From Candidatus Latescibacterota bacterium (lineage in GTDB: Bacteria; Latescibacterota; UBA2968; UBA8231): DNA of 64,000 nt. A model generated the notes under the pieces. The model was given only the letters and a program-made list of their open reading frames with translations. It was not told where the DNA came from and did no database searches. The stretch lies in assembly GCA_963422735.1 (NCBI GenBank), contig OY730476.1:4096001-4160000 (forward strand). Reading direction: 5' to 3'. The position numbers and the translations under genes are program-made. Positions 50,503 to 59,951 of this stretch are shown piece after piece. Within the stretch, counting starts at the first letter, position 1. Every line of letters begins with the position of its first letter.

Positions 50503-50598
50503 GGCGGTGACGCACGACCAGCGCAATCCCATACTGCGGCCTTCCGCAAACGGCTTCGACAATCAAGGAGTGGAATATCCATTCTCGTTTTGGAAATA

Positions 50599-51281
50599 TC
50601 AATTCGTTACGTAGTTCTTTAGCATTTTAACTATTTTTTCTACTTCTTTTTCTGAAAGATCTTCTTTTTTATTTTTTATAAAATAATTGATTTCATGCAA
50701 ATTAGAAACATAAACAAATTTGTAATTAGAATTATATCTCATGTTTCCTTGAATAGACAACAATACACTTGTCACTCGTGGATAACTTTTTTTCCACCAT
50801 CCCCATCTAGATTTTATTTTTATCCATAAAACTCTCCCTGATCTATCGACTTGCTCGTGTGGACTGAGCCCTTCTTGTTGATTATAATATTGGTTGCTCC
50901 AGTTTTTTACTTCAATTAGGATGATTCCCTTTTTAGAAACTACGATAAAGTCTATTTGCGCTGTTCTGAGATTCTTCCTTCCCATGTATGTGACATAACG
51001 AGGAAGAATTACCCGTACTCCACACAAAATATTATAGTGATTACTTAGCTGTGATAATTTTTTTAGTGCTAGTACTTCTCCTCTTGCTCCCGGGTAAAGT
51101 GGATTATCCTTGTTTTTTTTATCCACTTTCTTATGCCTACAATGAAACCATGACCCTCCGCATTTAGTTCATTTTTTAATTTTCTGTGTATAGTTTCTAT
51201 ATCTTCAATTTTTTTAACTTGTTTAGGATATAAGTATAGAAGTCGCTTCTCACTATCCGGCCTACCATAAATTATCGCCAT
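50599..51281 (-). pseudogene. Low-GC NERD-domain nuclease, split into two frames
   Basis: GARGE, QIDFIVVSKKGIILIEVKNW, SPHEQ; frame break at the A8 run (51113-51120); markedly AT-rich. Confidence 0.8.
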
Positions 51282-51358
51282 TGGACAGACTCCAAGTTTA
51301 TTAAATTCTCACATTCTAACCCGCGATTCACATCCTTTGAGGGGCAACCCTCGTCTCC

Positions 51359-52750
51359 TCATCTACGCTCATCGGCCCGCTCAATGACCCGCATACTCTT
51401 CCAGCGGCCCGTGCGAAAGCGCAAGTAGAACGCCACGCCTGAGACGCATATATACGCACAGGCAAAGCTCCATATCAGGTATAGCCCCCCGTCGAAATAG
51501 GTTAGGGCGGCGAAAGACGGCACGACCATGAGCGCCCAAGCCAGCGATATCGAAACCCACATGACGAAGCGGGTGTCGCCTGCGCCCTTTAGGGTCGCTG
51601 TGAAGACCATATAGGCGGCGTCGGAGACACAGTACAGAGCCACGAAGCGCAGCAGGACCACGGCGATCTGATGCGCGGCCGCAAAGTTGGCGTCCCTGTC
51701 TGCGCCAAAAGGGGCAAGGAAAAACTCCGGCACCACGACGTAGCCCACGGACATCATCCCCATGTACAGCATGGCCAAGTGCAAGCCCGTCCACGTGCAG
51801 TACTCGGCAGCTTCGGACTGATCGCGCCCCAGGCGCTGACCGACCATCGTCGATATGGCAATGCTGCAACCAATGAGCGGCATAAAGGCGAGACTGTTGA
51901 TGTGAAAGGCCAAGTTCGTCGCCGCCAGTGGGATCGGCCCCAAGCGGCCCACGATGAACAAAAAGAAGGTAAAGGCCATGATGTCGAGCATGAAGTTGAC
52001 GCCGTTGGGGCCGCCGAAGCGCAACAGGCGCAGCAGCAGCTTGAGGTCGGGCTTCCAGCCGCGCAAGGTGGAGTACTCGCTGCGATAGCGCGGCCTCAAA
52101 AACAGCAGCGCGAAGGCTAGGGCCGAGACCACCAAGCCGATATTGGTGGCCCACGCCGCCCCGACGATTCCCAGTTCAGGCAGTCCCCAGTGCCCGAAAA
52201 TCAAGCCGTAATCGCAGATGATGTTGACGCTGATGGCCACGGCGTTGACCGCCAGCACCACCCAAGTCTGGCCTCGCCCGCTGAAAAAGCACGAGAAGGC
52301 CGTGGACAAGACTTGCGGCCCGGTGCCGTAGCAGAGGATGCGGAAGTACTGGGTTTCAGCGGCGCGGATGTCCGGGTCGTGGCCGATGAGCGCGAAGAGT
52401 TCGCCGGCAAAGGCAGCCGGCAGCAAGGCCAAGAGGCCGCTGAACAAGGCCACGTACGCCCCTTGCCACACGGCCGGTCCCACCCGCGTCAGCCGCCGCG
52501 CACCCATGTATTGGGCGACAAACGTGTTGGCGTATTGGGCCGTGCCCATGAAGAGGCTGATGAAGGTGAAGTTGGCCATGCCCGCCGGCAGCGCGGCCGC
52601 CAACGCCTCGGTGGAATACCAAGATAGAAAGACCCGATCGATAAAGTGCTGGATGCTCCAGCTAGCCGTGCTCAGAATCAGCGGCAGGGCAATCCCTAAA
52701 AACTCTCGGTACCCGCCTGCGGCTCCCCACCGCCTAGCGATGCGGCCCAC
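51359..52750 (-). CDS. MATE-family efflux transporter
   Basis: About 12 TM segments; ALPLILS, AQYMGA, GIVGAAWAT, GQRLG, LKGAGDT; start approximate. Confidence 0.9.
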   Translation of the reverse strand: MGRIARRWGAAGGYREFLGIALPLILSTASWSIQHFIDRVFLSWYSTEALAAALPAGMANFTFISLFMGTAQYANTFVAQYMGARRLTRVGPAVWQGAYVALFSGLLALLPAAFAGELFALIGHDPDIRAAETQYFRILCYGTGPQVLSTAFSCFFSGRGQTWVVLAVNAVAISVNIICDYGLIFGHWGLPELGIVGAAWATNIGLVVSALAFALLFLRPRYRSEYSTLRGWKPDLKLLLRLLRFGGPNGVNFMLDIMAFTFFLFIVGRLGPIPLAATNLAFHINSLAFMPLIGCSIAISTMVGQRLGRDQSEAAEYCTWTGLHLAMLYMGMMSVGYVVVPEFFLAPFGADRDANFAAAHQIAVVLLRFVALYCVSDAAYMVFTATLKGAGDTRFVMWVSISLAWALMVVPSFAALTYFDGGLYLIWSFACAYICVSGVAFYLRFRTGRWKSMRVIERADERR

Positions 52751-52752
52751 GC

Positions 52753-53772
52753 TCAGCTCGCCATAATTTCGGCCACAGCAATCAATTCGCCACCGCGCCG
52801 CGCCGACTCCCACCCCGCCAACACCGGGGCTAGTGAATAGAGGCCATCGGCATAGTCGTTGAGAAGCAGGGCGCGGTTGTCGGTGCGCACGGTCTCAATG
52901 AAGACGCGGTCTTGCTCAAACCACGGGTCGAATTCCTCCGACGCGTACGCGATTTCCCCATTGACCTCGATCCGGTCGTACATCCACAGTGCTAAGCATC
53001 CCCCTTCGTAAAAAATGGTGAAGCGCGGCTCGTCGCCCGGGGTAGCGGGCGTGGTGGCGAGGAACGTCGAGGTCATGGTCGCTCCGTTTGCCAATAGAAA
53101 ATTAAACGAACACGACAGCGGCATATTGTACCGAGGGGGATGGTAGTAAAACGCTTGGGCTTGGGTAATATCGAGGCCGCTCATAAAGCGCGCGCAGTCA
53201 ACGGCGTGAACCCCCCAGTCGAAGGCCGAGCCGCCGGCCTTGTCCATCTGATGGTGCCAACTGTCCGGGTCGGGGACCTCGGCTTCGAGCAGGGGCAAGC
53301 CGGCCGTGCTCTGGAAGCGGATGTGGGTGATGGCCTTATTCGCGAGCAGGCGGCGGGCCTTCTGAAAGAGCGGACGGTAGCGCTCGCGAAAACAGACTGT
53401 TGAGATCGCGCCTCCCTCGGCGACTGCATCGGCAATGCGCCGCGCAACGGCCATGCTGGTTGCTTGCGGTTTCTCGCTGAACAGGTGGATGCCCCGCGCT
53501 GCGGCCGCAGCTTCCACATCGGTGCGCGCAAAGGCCGGCACGACCGAATAGAGTGCATCGAACTGTTCCTCGGCGAGCATTTGGTGAGGGTCCGCATAGG
53601 TGCGGGCGATGGAGAATTTTTGCGCGGCGGCGGCGAGGTTTCCCGGGTTGAGGTCACTCGCGGCGACCAATTCGACGCCGTCTAGCTTGCTCAGGTTGGG
53701 CAGGTGAGTTTGGTTGGCGAAACGGCCGGTGCCATAAATGCCGACGCGCACCAGGCGATTGTTTGCGGGCAT
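52753..53772 (-). CDS. Gfo/Idh/MocA-family oxidoreductase
   Basis: VGIYGTGRFA, HLFSEKP, DWGVH. Confidence 0.9.
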   Translation of the reverse strand: MPANNRLVRVGIYGTGRFANQTHLPNLSKLDGVELVAASDLNPGNLAAAAQKFSIARTYADPHQMLAEEQFDALYSVVPAFARTDVEAAAAARGIHLFSEKPQATSMAVARRIADAVAEGGAISTVCFRERYRPLFQKARRLLANKAITHIRFQSTAGLPLLEAEVPDPDSWHHQMDKAGGSAFDWGVHAVDCARFMSGLDITQAQAFYYHPPRYNMPLSCSFNFLLANGATMTSTFLATTPATPGDEPRFTIFYEGGCLALWMYDRIEVNGEIAYASEEFDPWFEQDRVFIETVRTDNRALLLNDYADGLYSLAPVLAGWESARRGGELIAVAEIMAS

Positions 53773-53949
53773 AGGGATAATCCTTTGTTGATAGCTTTAT
53801 GTACAGCGGAGCAAAATGGGCAAGAAAAGAAGAAAGGAACCCATGCGCCAGACCGCTTTGAGGCGGGTCGCGGGGCAATCTGATGCGCTCATGCAGCCTT
53901 CGTCGGCAAGTGTGCGAACGCAGCCTACGAGAAAGGTGAGATGCAAAGT

Positions 53950-54242
53950 TTCTATACGGTTGATTACCAAGCTGCGATCTAACGCGAAAGATCAACTCAT
54001 GCCGATGGCCGACAAACTCCTGCTGCACAAGCGAGCCCTGAGCGAAACCATCATCGATCAACTTAAAAACATCGCCCAGATTGAATACACAAGGCTTCAC
54101 CGCGACGGTCCTGCCTAAAGGCCGGGTGAAGCAGACGCGCCCATCTATGATCCATCTCATCGGCGGATTAATTGCCTACGGCCACCAATCGAAAAAATCA
54201 ATGGATCCCTCCAAGTAGAAGCCGCTTAACCTGAACTCGCGT
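53950..54242 (+). mobile_element. IS982-family transposase 3' remnant with right end
   Basis: LITKLRSN.K..LM...DKLLL.KRA..ETIIDQLKNI.QIE, later LIGGLIAY.HQ.KK, ending in taacctgaactcgcgt. Confidence 0.75.
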
Positions 54243-54395
54243 CAAAAAAGGGATTTTCGATGAATAAAGCTGTTGGTCTCTCTTGGAAAAAAGCGTACCA
54301 ACGGTTTATTATTATGTAACTTCGGCATCGCTTTATTCAAACTAGCTTACGACCCAAATCTGTATTCGATGATCCCTCTCTCAGCCAGCTCACGG

Positions 54396-56516
54396 CTAAC
54401 GCGCCAATTCCAATCCCGCTTCTTGCAGGTACCCCTCACACTCGGCCAGCGATTCGCCGACTAGCAGTACGGTAGCGAAAGAACGGGCTTGGGTTGGATC
54501 GGTGGTAAAAAGCACCCCACCGCTCAACTGTTTGCCATCGGGCATCAGTCGAGCCGGATGTGCGGCTTCCAAGGCCGCAGCGCATTCGGCCAAGCCGACG
54601 AATCCAGCCGCTGTTACCTCGCGGCGGTTGAGCACCAGCCATAGGGCCGTGCGCGCCGCATTAATCGCCTGTTGCAGCTTGAGTGCCACCCGACCCATCG
54701 TCGTGCGCGGATTGACCTCCACAATCGGCTTTAGCCGCAGATGGTCGCGGCCGCGGTACACCATGGCATCCACGCCGACCGGCCCCTGATACCCAGCAGT
54801 TCGCATCGGCTCGGCAAGCCATTCGGCCAACTGCTCGCCCAAGTGCTGTAAACGGCGTGCATCGCGGCCATCGCCGTAGAGAAACCGCTTCACCTCCTCG
54901 TCGAGGCCAGCGATAAGCGAGCCAACAAAAGTGCCGCGATACTGGCCGCGGCCATCGGTGGTAAATCGCGTCCAGCCGGTCACCTCCGCGCCCTCGGCCC
55001 CCACATCGAAGTGCAGCGACAGATCCACCACCTTGTCGAGCCACGGCTCGACTACTACTTGGCCTTGCTGCCGCAAAATGTTCTTCAACCGGCCGCGTTG
55101 CTCTGTGCGTACTTGACCCCCACGGCAGTGGATTTGGCCGCGACCCGAAGAGCCGTATATGGCCTTGACGACCACCGAGTCAAAGCCCGCCTCCGCCAAG
55201 CGCCCGATCTCCGCCAAAACTTGATCGGTCGCCGCGCAGGCCGTGCCGACTACATCCGCCCCACAGAGATAATCGGCCTCCTGCGCCGCGAGGAATTCGG
55301 CCAGACGCGCCGCGCTCCACGACTTGGCGTAGAGCGGCCGGAGCGGCCGGCCCCAGCAAGACTTTTCTCCACCGCGAGGCAAGCCCGCGATCAAGGGCGC
55401 AAGCAACCGGGCGCTATCTGGGCTCCAGCCCCAAGGTCTGAGCGCATTGACCTTGCGCTCGGCAAGCGCCGCTAGGCCCTCCGCGCTGCACTCGACGAAT
55501 TCCGGAATCGCAAAGCCCAACTCCTGCATCCGCCGCAAAAAGGCCGGCGATGGCTTCTCTCGCAGGAGCACGACATCGTCGCGGGCGCACAACAGCATGG
55601 GTAGCGCTTGGAAGTCGGCCTCCAGTTCGGCCACCTGCCGAGGCGGCGTAAGACCCGGCCGCCCCAAGGCCACCTGCTCCTCGCAGTTGGCGTTGAACCA
55701 GTACGCGGTCGGGCAGCGTCCCCGCGACTGCGAAAACAGCTCTAACTCGTCGATATAGCCCGCAGAAAGCCCAGCCTTGAGCCGACCCGTGCGGTTGAAG
55801 CCAATGCCCTTGGCCCGCGCCGGCCCCAGCGGGAAGCGCAGTGCCCGACGATAGGCTTCCCACTCGCTCAGCCCGGCCTCCTGCCAGCGTCTAAACCACG
55901 TCAACCCGTGTTTGACGTGGCCGATTTCGTCGCGGTAGATCCGCTCCAGAATCGCCGCGGTTTCTGGGTCGTCCAATTGCCGATAGACCTGGGCGTAGTG
56001 CCTTGCGTAGTCGAGATTGGCTTGTTCGAGGGTCAGGCTCAAGCCCGTTACAAAATCCATCGGAGTCTGCATCGGCCCGATGGACTTCCAGAAAAAATCG
56101 CCGACGGGTATCTCGCCAAATTGCACCCCAATCGCCTGCATCCGCTGCTGGTAGAGCCACACGTGTTCTTGCTCGTCTTTAAGCGTCTGCACCAAGCCGC
56201 GGCGAAACTTCTCCGGTGCCTGCGGAAATTTGAGTAGGGCCAGCGCCATCAGCTCCAAGGCAAGCAACTCGTGGTTGGCAAAAAAGTGCAAGACCAGCCC
56301 GCGCTCTTTTTCGCTGTGGAAGTGGCGCACGTCGCGGAAGCGGAGCTTTTCCCGGTGGTGCCACTCGTCCAGTCCCAAGCCGGGCGGGCGGCCCGGAGCG
56401 CCGGGGGTCGCAATCCCCATACCGGGTGCGCAGTCCTCGTAGCGGTCCAGGACGACGAGCTTATCTTCCCAGCGCGTTCCGAAGAGTATCTGCTCGGCAA
56501 ATTGGCGAATTTCCAT
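54396..56516 (-). CDS. DUF455 ferritin-like diiron domain fused to an ATP-grasp-like domain
   Basis: FANHELLALE, DEQEH, LEQANLD, DEIGHV; C-half VVKAIYGSSGRG, VVEPW, GPVGVDAMV, VEVNPRTTMG. Confidence 0.82.
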   Translation of the reverse strand: MEIRQFAEQILFGTRWEDKLVVLDRYEDCAPGMGIATPGAPGRPPGLGLDEWHHREKLRFRDVRHFHSEKERGLVLHFFANHELLALELMALALLKFPQAPEKFRRGLVQTLKDEQEHVWLYQQRMQAIGVQFGEIPVGDFFWKSIGPMQTPMDFVTGLSLTLEQANLDYARHYAQVYRQLDDPETAAILERIYRDEIGHVKHGLTWFRRWQEAGLSEWEAYRRALRFPLGPARAKGIGFNRTGRLKAGLSAGYIDELELFSQSRGRCPTAYWFNANCEEQVALGRPGLTPPRQVAELEADFQALPMLLCARDDVVLLREKPSPAFLRRMQELGFAIPEFVECSAEGLAALAERKVNALRPWGWSPDSARLLAPLIAGLPRGGEKSCWGRPLRPLYAKSWSAARLAEFLAAQEADYLCGADVVGTACAATDQVLAEIGRLAEAGFDSVVVKAIYGSSGRGQIHCRGGQVRTEQRGRLKNILRQQGQVVVEPWLDKVVDLSLHFDVGAEGAEVTGWTRFTTDGRGQYRGTFVGSLIAGLDEEVKRFLYGDGRDARRLQHLGEQLAEWLAEPMRTAGYQGPVGVDAMVYRGRDHLRLKPIVEVNPRTTMGRVALKLQQAINAARTALWLVLNRREVTAAGFVGLAECAAALEAAHPARLMPDGKQLSGGVLFTTDPTQARSFATVLLVGESLAECEGYLQEAGLELAR

Positions 56517-56603
56517 GCCGCCAATATAACGCATTCCCTACCTTGACACTTGGCTTGCCCCGCCGTATCTAGCCTACTCTACTGCTTCCAAAAGGAGTCC
56601 CTA

Positions 56604-57866
56604 ATGCAGATCCAATCCGTCGAACTCATCCACTTGGACGTTCCATTTACTGCCCACACCGACCAGCAGATGAAGTATTGGCTGCCGCATTGGCGCATCG
56701 TCCAACTCTGCAAAATCACCCTCGCCGACGGCACCATAGGCTGGGGCGAAACCGTTCCCAATTACACGTGGGCCAAAGTCCCCGAGGACATCGAGGACCA
56801 CATCGTCGGCCGCGCCGTCGGCGATCTGCTATGGCAGGATGCGCTGGGTGCCGGGGTCCAGCAGGCACTTTTCGACGCAGTGGGCAAGGTCTTGGGCACC
56901 CCGGCCTATCGCCTGTTGGGCACCAAGGTCCGCACGTGGTGTCCGCTGTCGTGGTGGGCCATGGACATGCCGCCCGCCGACTGGGCGCGCCAGTGCGCTG
57001 ACGCCGTCGCACAGGGCTATACCACTGCCAAGCTCAAAGCGCGGACTTGGTGCGATCTGCACGCCTGTATCCAAGCCATCGTCGAGGCCGTTCCCCCGCA
57101 GTTCAAGCTCGACTTGGACTTCAATGGTACGCTCGCCAACGCCGCTAGTGCCGTCGAGTTTTTGGCGACCTTGGAGCAATACCCGCAGGTGGCCATGATT
57201 GAATCGCCGATCCCCCAAACCGATGTGGCTGGCAACGCCCAAATCCGCAACCACATCCGCCGCCCGCTGGCCATGCACTACGGCTCGCCGCCGATTCTCA
57301 CCACCCTGCAAGAGGACGTCGCCGATGGCTTTGTCATCGGCGCTGGGGCTCACGGCATCGCGCAGCAAGCCGCTGTTGCAGACGTGGCCAACAAGCCCTT
57401 CTGGCTCCAGCTCGTCGGCACGGGCATCACCACCACGTGGGCCGCCCACTTGGGCGCGGTCTGTCCCCAGAGCAAGTGGCCGGCCATTACCTGCATGAAC
57501 ATCTGGGAGAGCCAACTGTTGGCCGACCCCATCCAACTGCGCGGCGGCTACTACCGAGTCCCGGAACGGCCCGGCCTCGGCGTCGAGATCGACCTTCAGG
57601 CCATAGAGCAATATCAGGTGGATTACAGTTGGGTCGATCCGCCCCGCCACATCTATCGCTATGTCCGCGCCAACGGCGAAGTCACCTACTATGGCTGCTC
57701 CAAGCAGGCTCTCCACAGCGAATATCCCCGCGACGCCATGCCCATCTGTGAAAGCGGGTCCGAATGCCTCCCCGTCGAAGACGACGGCAGCCGCGAGTTC
57801 GCCCAGATTTACGAGGCCGTGCAGGATGGAGGGACGTTTAGAAGGGTAGAGCAGACCCAACCGTAA
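56604..57866 (+). CDS. Mandelate racemase/muconate lactonizing enzyme family protein
   Basis: GWGET, QALFDAVGK, KLK, LDLDFN, IESP, VPERPGLGVE; aaggag RBS. Confidence 0.9.
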   Translation: MQIQSVELIHLDVPFTAHTDQQMKYWLPHWRIVQLCKITLADGTIGWGETVPNYTWAKVPEDIEDHIVGRAVGDLLWQDALGAGVQQALFDAVGKVLGTPAYRLLGTKVRTWCPLSWWAMDMPPADWARQCADAVAQGYTTAKLKARTWCDLHACIQAIVEAVPPQFKLDLDFNGTLANAASAVEFLATLEQYPQVAMIESPIPQTDVAGNAQIRNHIRRPLAMHYGSPPILTTLQEDVADGFVIGAGAHGIAQQAAVADVANKPFWLQLVGTGITTTWAAHLGAVCPQSKWPAITCMNIWESQLLADPIQLRGGYYRVPERPGLGVEIDLQAIEQYQVDYSWVDPPRHIYRYVRANGEVTYYGCSKQALHSEYPRDAMPICESGSECLPVEDDGSREFAQIYEAVQDGGTFRRVEQTQP

Positions 57867-57899
57867 ACAGGACCTCGTACCCTCGCCGCCCTGTGCGCC

Positions 57900-58050
57900 G
57901 CGAGGCATCGTATTGTACGCGGGGTTGTCCTTCACGCCGTTTCCCTGGCCGGTTCAGGATGAGCGGCAAAGCAGTTTCTTCGGACTGTTATTTGCCGCGA
58001 TCCACGGCTTCCGCATGCCGGTGTTCTCTGTGCTGAGCAGCCATGCTTTG
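57900..58050 (+). pseudogene. Acyltransferase-3 (MdoC/OpgC-like) fragment
   Basis: GIVLYAGLSF...WPVQD...FAAIHGFRMPVF.VLS; no complete ORF. Confidence 0.6.
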
Positions 58051-58190
58051 GCGCGGACCGCGGCGGTGGCGTTGCAGGCGATCTACGCTTGGATTCGGCT
58101 TGTTTGGCAAACTCTGCACCCGCGAAAACAAAACCATTCGCTACTTGTCGGATTCGTCGTATTGGCTATACATGGCGCACGTACCGCTGA

Positions 58191-58242
58191 TCAGTGGTTA
58201 GTGGTTAGTGGTTAGTGGTTAGTGGTTAGTGATCAGTGGTTA
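58191..58242. repeat. AGTGGTT heptamer tandem array
   Basis: About 7 units of (agtggtt); related units at about 294-320 and 23341-23358. Confidence 0.9.
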
Positions 58243-58505
58243 GCAACGGTATGGATGACATACTTCGCGGAAAGATTGCCACCCGTCGTGATTACGGCTC
58301 GACCCGTGGGACAACCGCCCTGCTTGGCGCGGATTGCACTGCATTCCGCCGCGATGGCCGGTCCCCCGGCGCGGTGAATGGCACCATCGACGCCACCACC
58401 GCCCGTAAGTCCCACGTTGGCAGCGTTGACAATTGCATCGACTCGTTCCCTTGTAATATCGCCTCGTATAAGTTTGAGGGACGCTTGGTTGATTTTCGTC
58501 GTCAT
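58233..58505 (-). pseudogene. Macro domain (YmdB-like ADP-ribose hydrolase), C-terminally truncated
   Basis: [28 protein letters not shown]...[18 protein letters not shown], then runs into the heptamer array; GP motif and C-terminal half absent. Confidence 0.85.
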
Positions 58506-58619
58506 AAAAGGTCTCCTTGCCAATCACCACGAGATCGGCTTCTCGATCGTGGTCTCAATGGGTTGGGATTCATAGGTTTCAGCAAAATGGGGTACTGGCC
58601 CTACCAAATGAGTGATGAG

Positions 58620-58720
58620 TGTTGACTGGCGGCGCGGCACGATGGCCGCGTGACCATCGGCGGCCTCGCCAACCATTTTCTTGTTCGATCGGCGCGTGCA
58701 GTACTCGGCGCACTATAGTG
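58620..58720 (-). pseudogene. NarL-type response regulator receiver fragment
   Basis: HTIVRRVL..PIEQE / MVGEAADGHAAI read across frames. Confidence 0.5.
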
Positions 58721-59196
58721 TGGCTTCTTCTTCAGACAGGGAACTCGGAAGCGTTAGTAGGCAGCGCGTGCCTTTCCCGGGCCTCGATTCAATCGTCAAA
58801 TGGCCGCCGATATAGAGCAGATGCTCTTGAATACTGAATAGACTGAAGTGGTTGGCTTGATCCATCTCGTCCAAATGCGCGCCATCAAAGCCTTCGCCCG
58901 CGTCTTCTACTACCACCTGCAGCCGGGCTACATCTCGACGCAAGGAGACGGTGGCTTGGTCTGTGTTGGTATGCCGAGCGACATTCACCAGCAACTCGCG
59001 AATGAACCTGCACACTAAGCCGCGTGTATCGTGGTTGGACTTCCACGCGCACGGTCAACCCGTAATGGGAATGAATGAGGTCGCCGAGTTGGTACAAACC
59101 CCATGCCGTAGCGCACGAGTGAGCTGCTGTCAAAGGTCATGGACCGGATGAGGTGAGCCCTCTCGTCCATGTCCCTCTCCAATGCGTCAATCAAGG
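58713..59196 (-). pseudogene. HisKA_3 sensor kinase, C-terminal (HATPase) remnant
   Basis: RELLVNVARH, VEDAGEGFD, FSLFSIQE, IESRPGKGT. Confidence 0.8.
58953..59196. repeat. Diverged 244-bp direct repeat, copy 1
   Basis: Aligns by eye with 61337-61580 (shared blocks gcgacattcaccagcaactcgcgaatgaacctg and acggtcaacccgtaatgggaatgaatgaggtcgccgagt). Confidence 0.9.
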
Positions 59197-59273
59197 GATG
59201 CGTTGTATCCCGAGCGTCTGTCAAGGGGTATCCACCGGATAAGACGCTAGGAGGCACCACGTTGTAGATGGAT

Positions 59274-59311
59274 TTTATTGCAATAAATTGCCATTAAAGG
59301 TATTTTATTGC
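59274..59311. promoter_or_regulatory. Putative AbiEi operator inverted repeats
   Basis: Perfect palindrome tttattgcaataaa (59274-59287) plus a further tttattgc half-site just before the abiEi ATG. Confidence 0.55.
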
Positions 59312-59312
59312 T

Positions 59313-59951
59313 ATGAAATTCGATCAATTCCTCGCCATCGTTGCCGATGAGCCGGTGTTTGAAACCGGCCTGCTCTTGGCCGGATCTGTAAACCCAAGCG
59401 ATATGCGGCGACAGCTTGTGCGCTGGACCCAAGCCGGACGACTGCACCAGCTACGGCGCGGGCTTTACGCGCTGGCACCGCCCTATCGTCAAACCGTGTC
59501 CCATCCCTTCCTCGTCGCCAATCGACTGGTGCGCAGCTCTTATGTCAGTGGTCTGTCGGCGTTGGCACACGCTGGTATGATTCCCGAGTACGTGTCGGAA
59601 GTGACCAGTGTGACCGGTGGGCGTCCCCAGCTTTGCCAGACGCCGCTAGGTCGCTTTTCTTTTCGCCATCTCAAGACCGATCTGCTCTACGGCTATCAAC
59701 AAATGGAGGTGGTGCGTGGCCAATCGGCTTTTGTCGCCGCGCCAGAAAAGGCACTGCTCGATCTGATCTATCTACAGCCGAATGGTGACGCACCTGCCTA
59801 TATCCATGAACTACGCCTCGACTGGGGCAGCCTAGACCTAGCGGAGTTGGATAGGTTGGCTGCCATCGTCGCCCGTCCCAAATTGCTGAGAGCTGTGCGG
59901 TGCATTCGCGCACTAGCCCAAGACGCGGCGATGGGCTACGAGCAGCTATGA
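59313..59951 (+). CDS. abiEi: Type IV TA antitoxin, AbiEi family
   Basis: wHTH QLVRW...LRRGLY, SYVSGLSALAHAGMIPE, APEKALLDLIYL. Confidence 0.88.
   Translation: MKFDQFLAIVADEPVFETGLLLAGSVNPSDMRRQLVRWTQAGRLHQLRRGLYALAPPYRQTVSHPFLVANRLVRSSYVSGLSALAHAGMIPEYVSEVTSVTGGRPQLCQTPLGRFSFRHLKTDLLYGYQQMEVVRGQSAFVAAPEKALLDLIYLQPNGDAPAYIHELRLDWGSLDLAELDRLAAIVARPKLLRAVRCIRALAQDAAMGYEQL

Noticed and set aside
56829-57935. 368-aa minus-strand ORF
   Set aside because: Antisense shadow of the enolase-superfamily gene.
58520-58620. Fragment upstream of the macro domain as a DarT toxin (DarTG)
   Set aside because: The short reading (…ETYESQPIETTIEKPISW*) shows no DarT motif I can recognise, and the macro domain looks YmdB-like.
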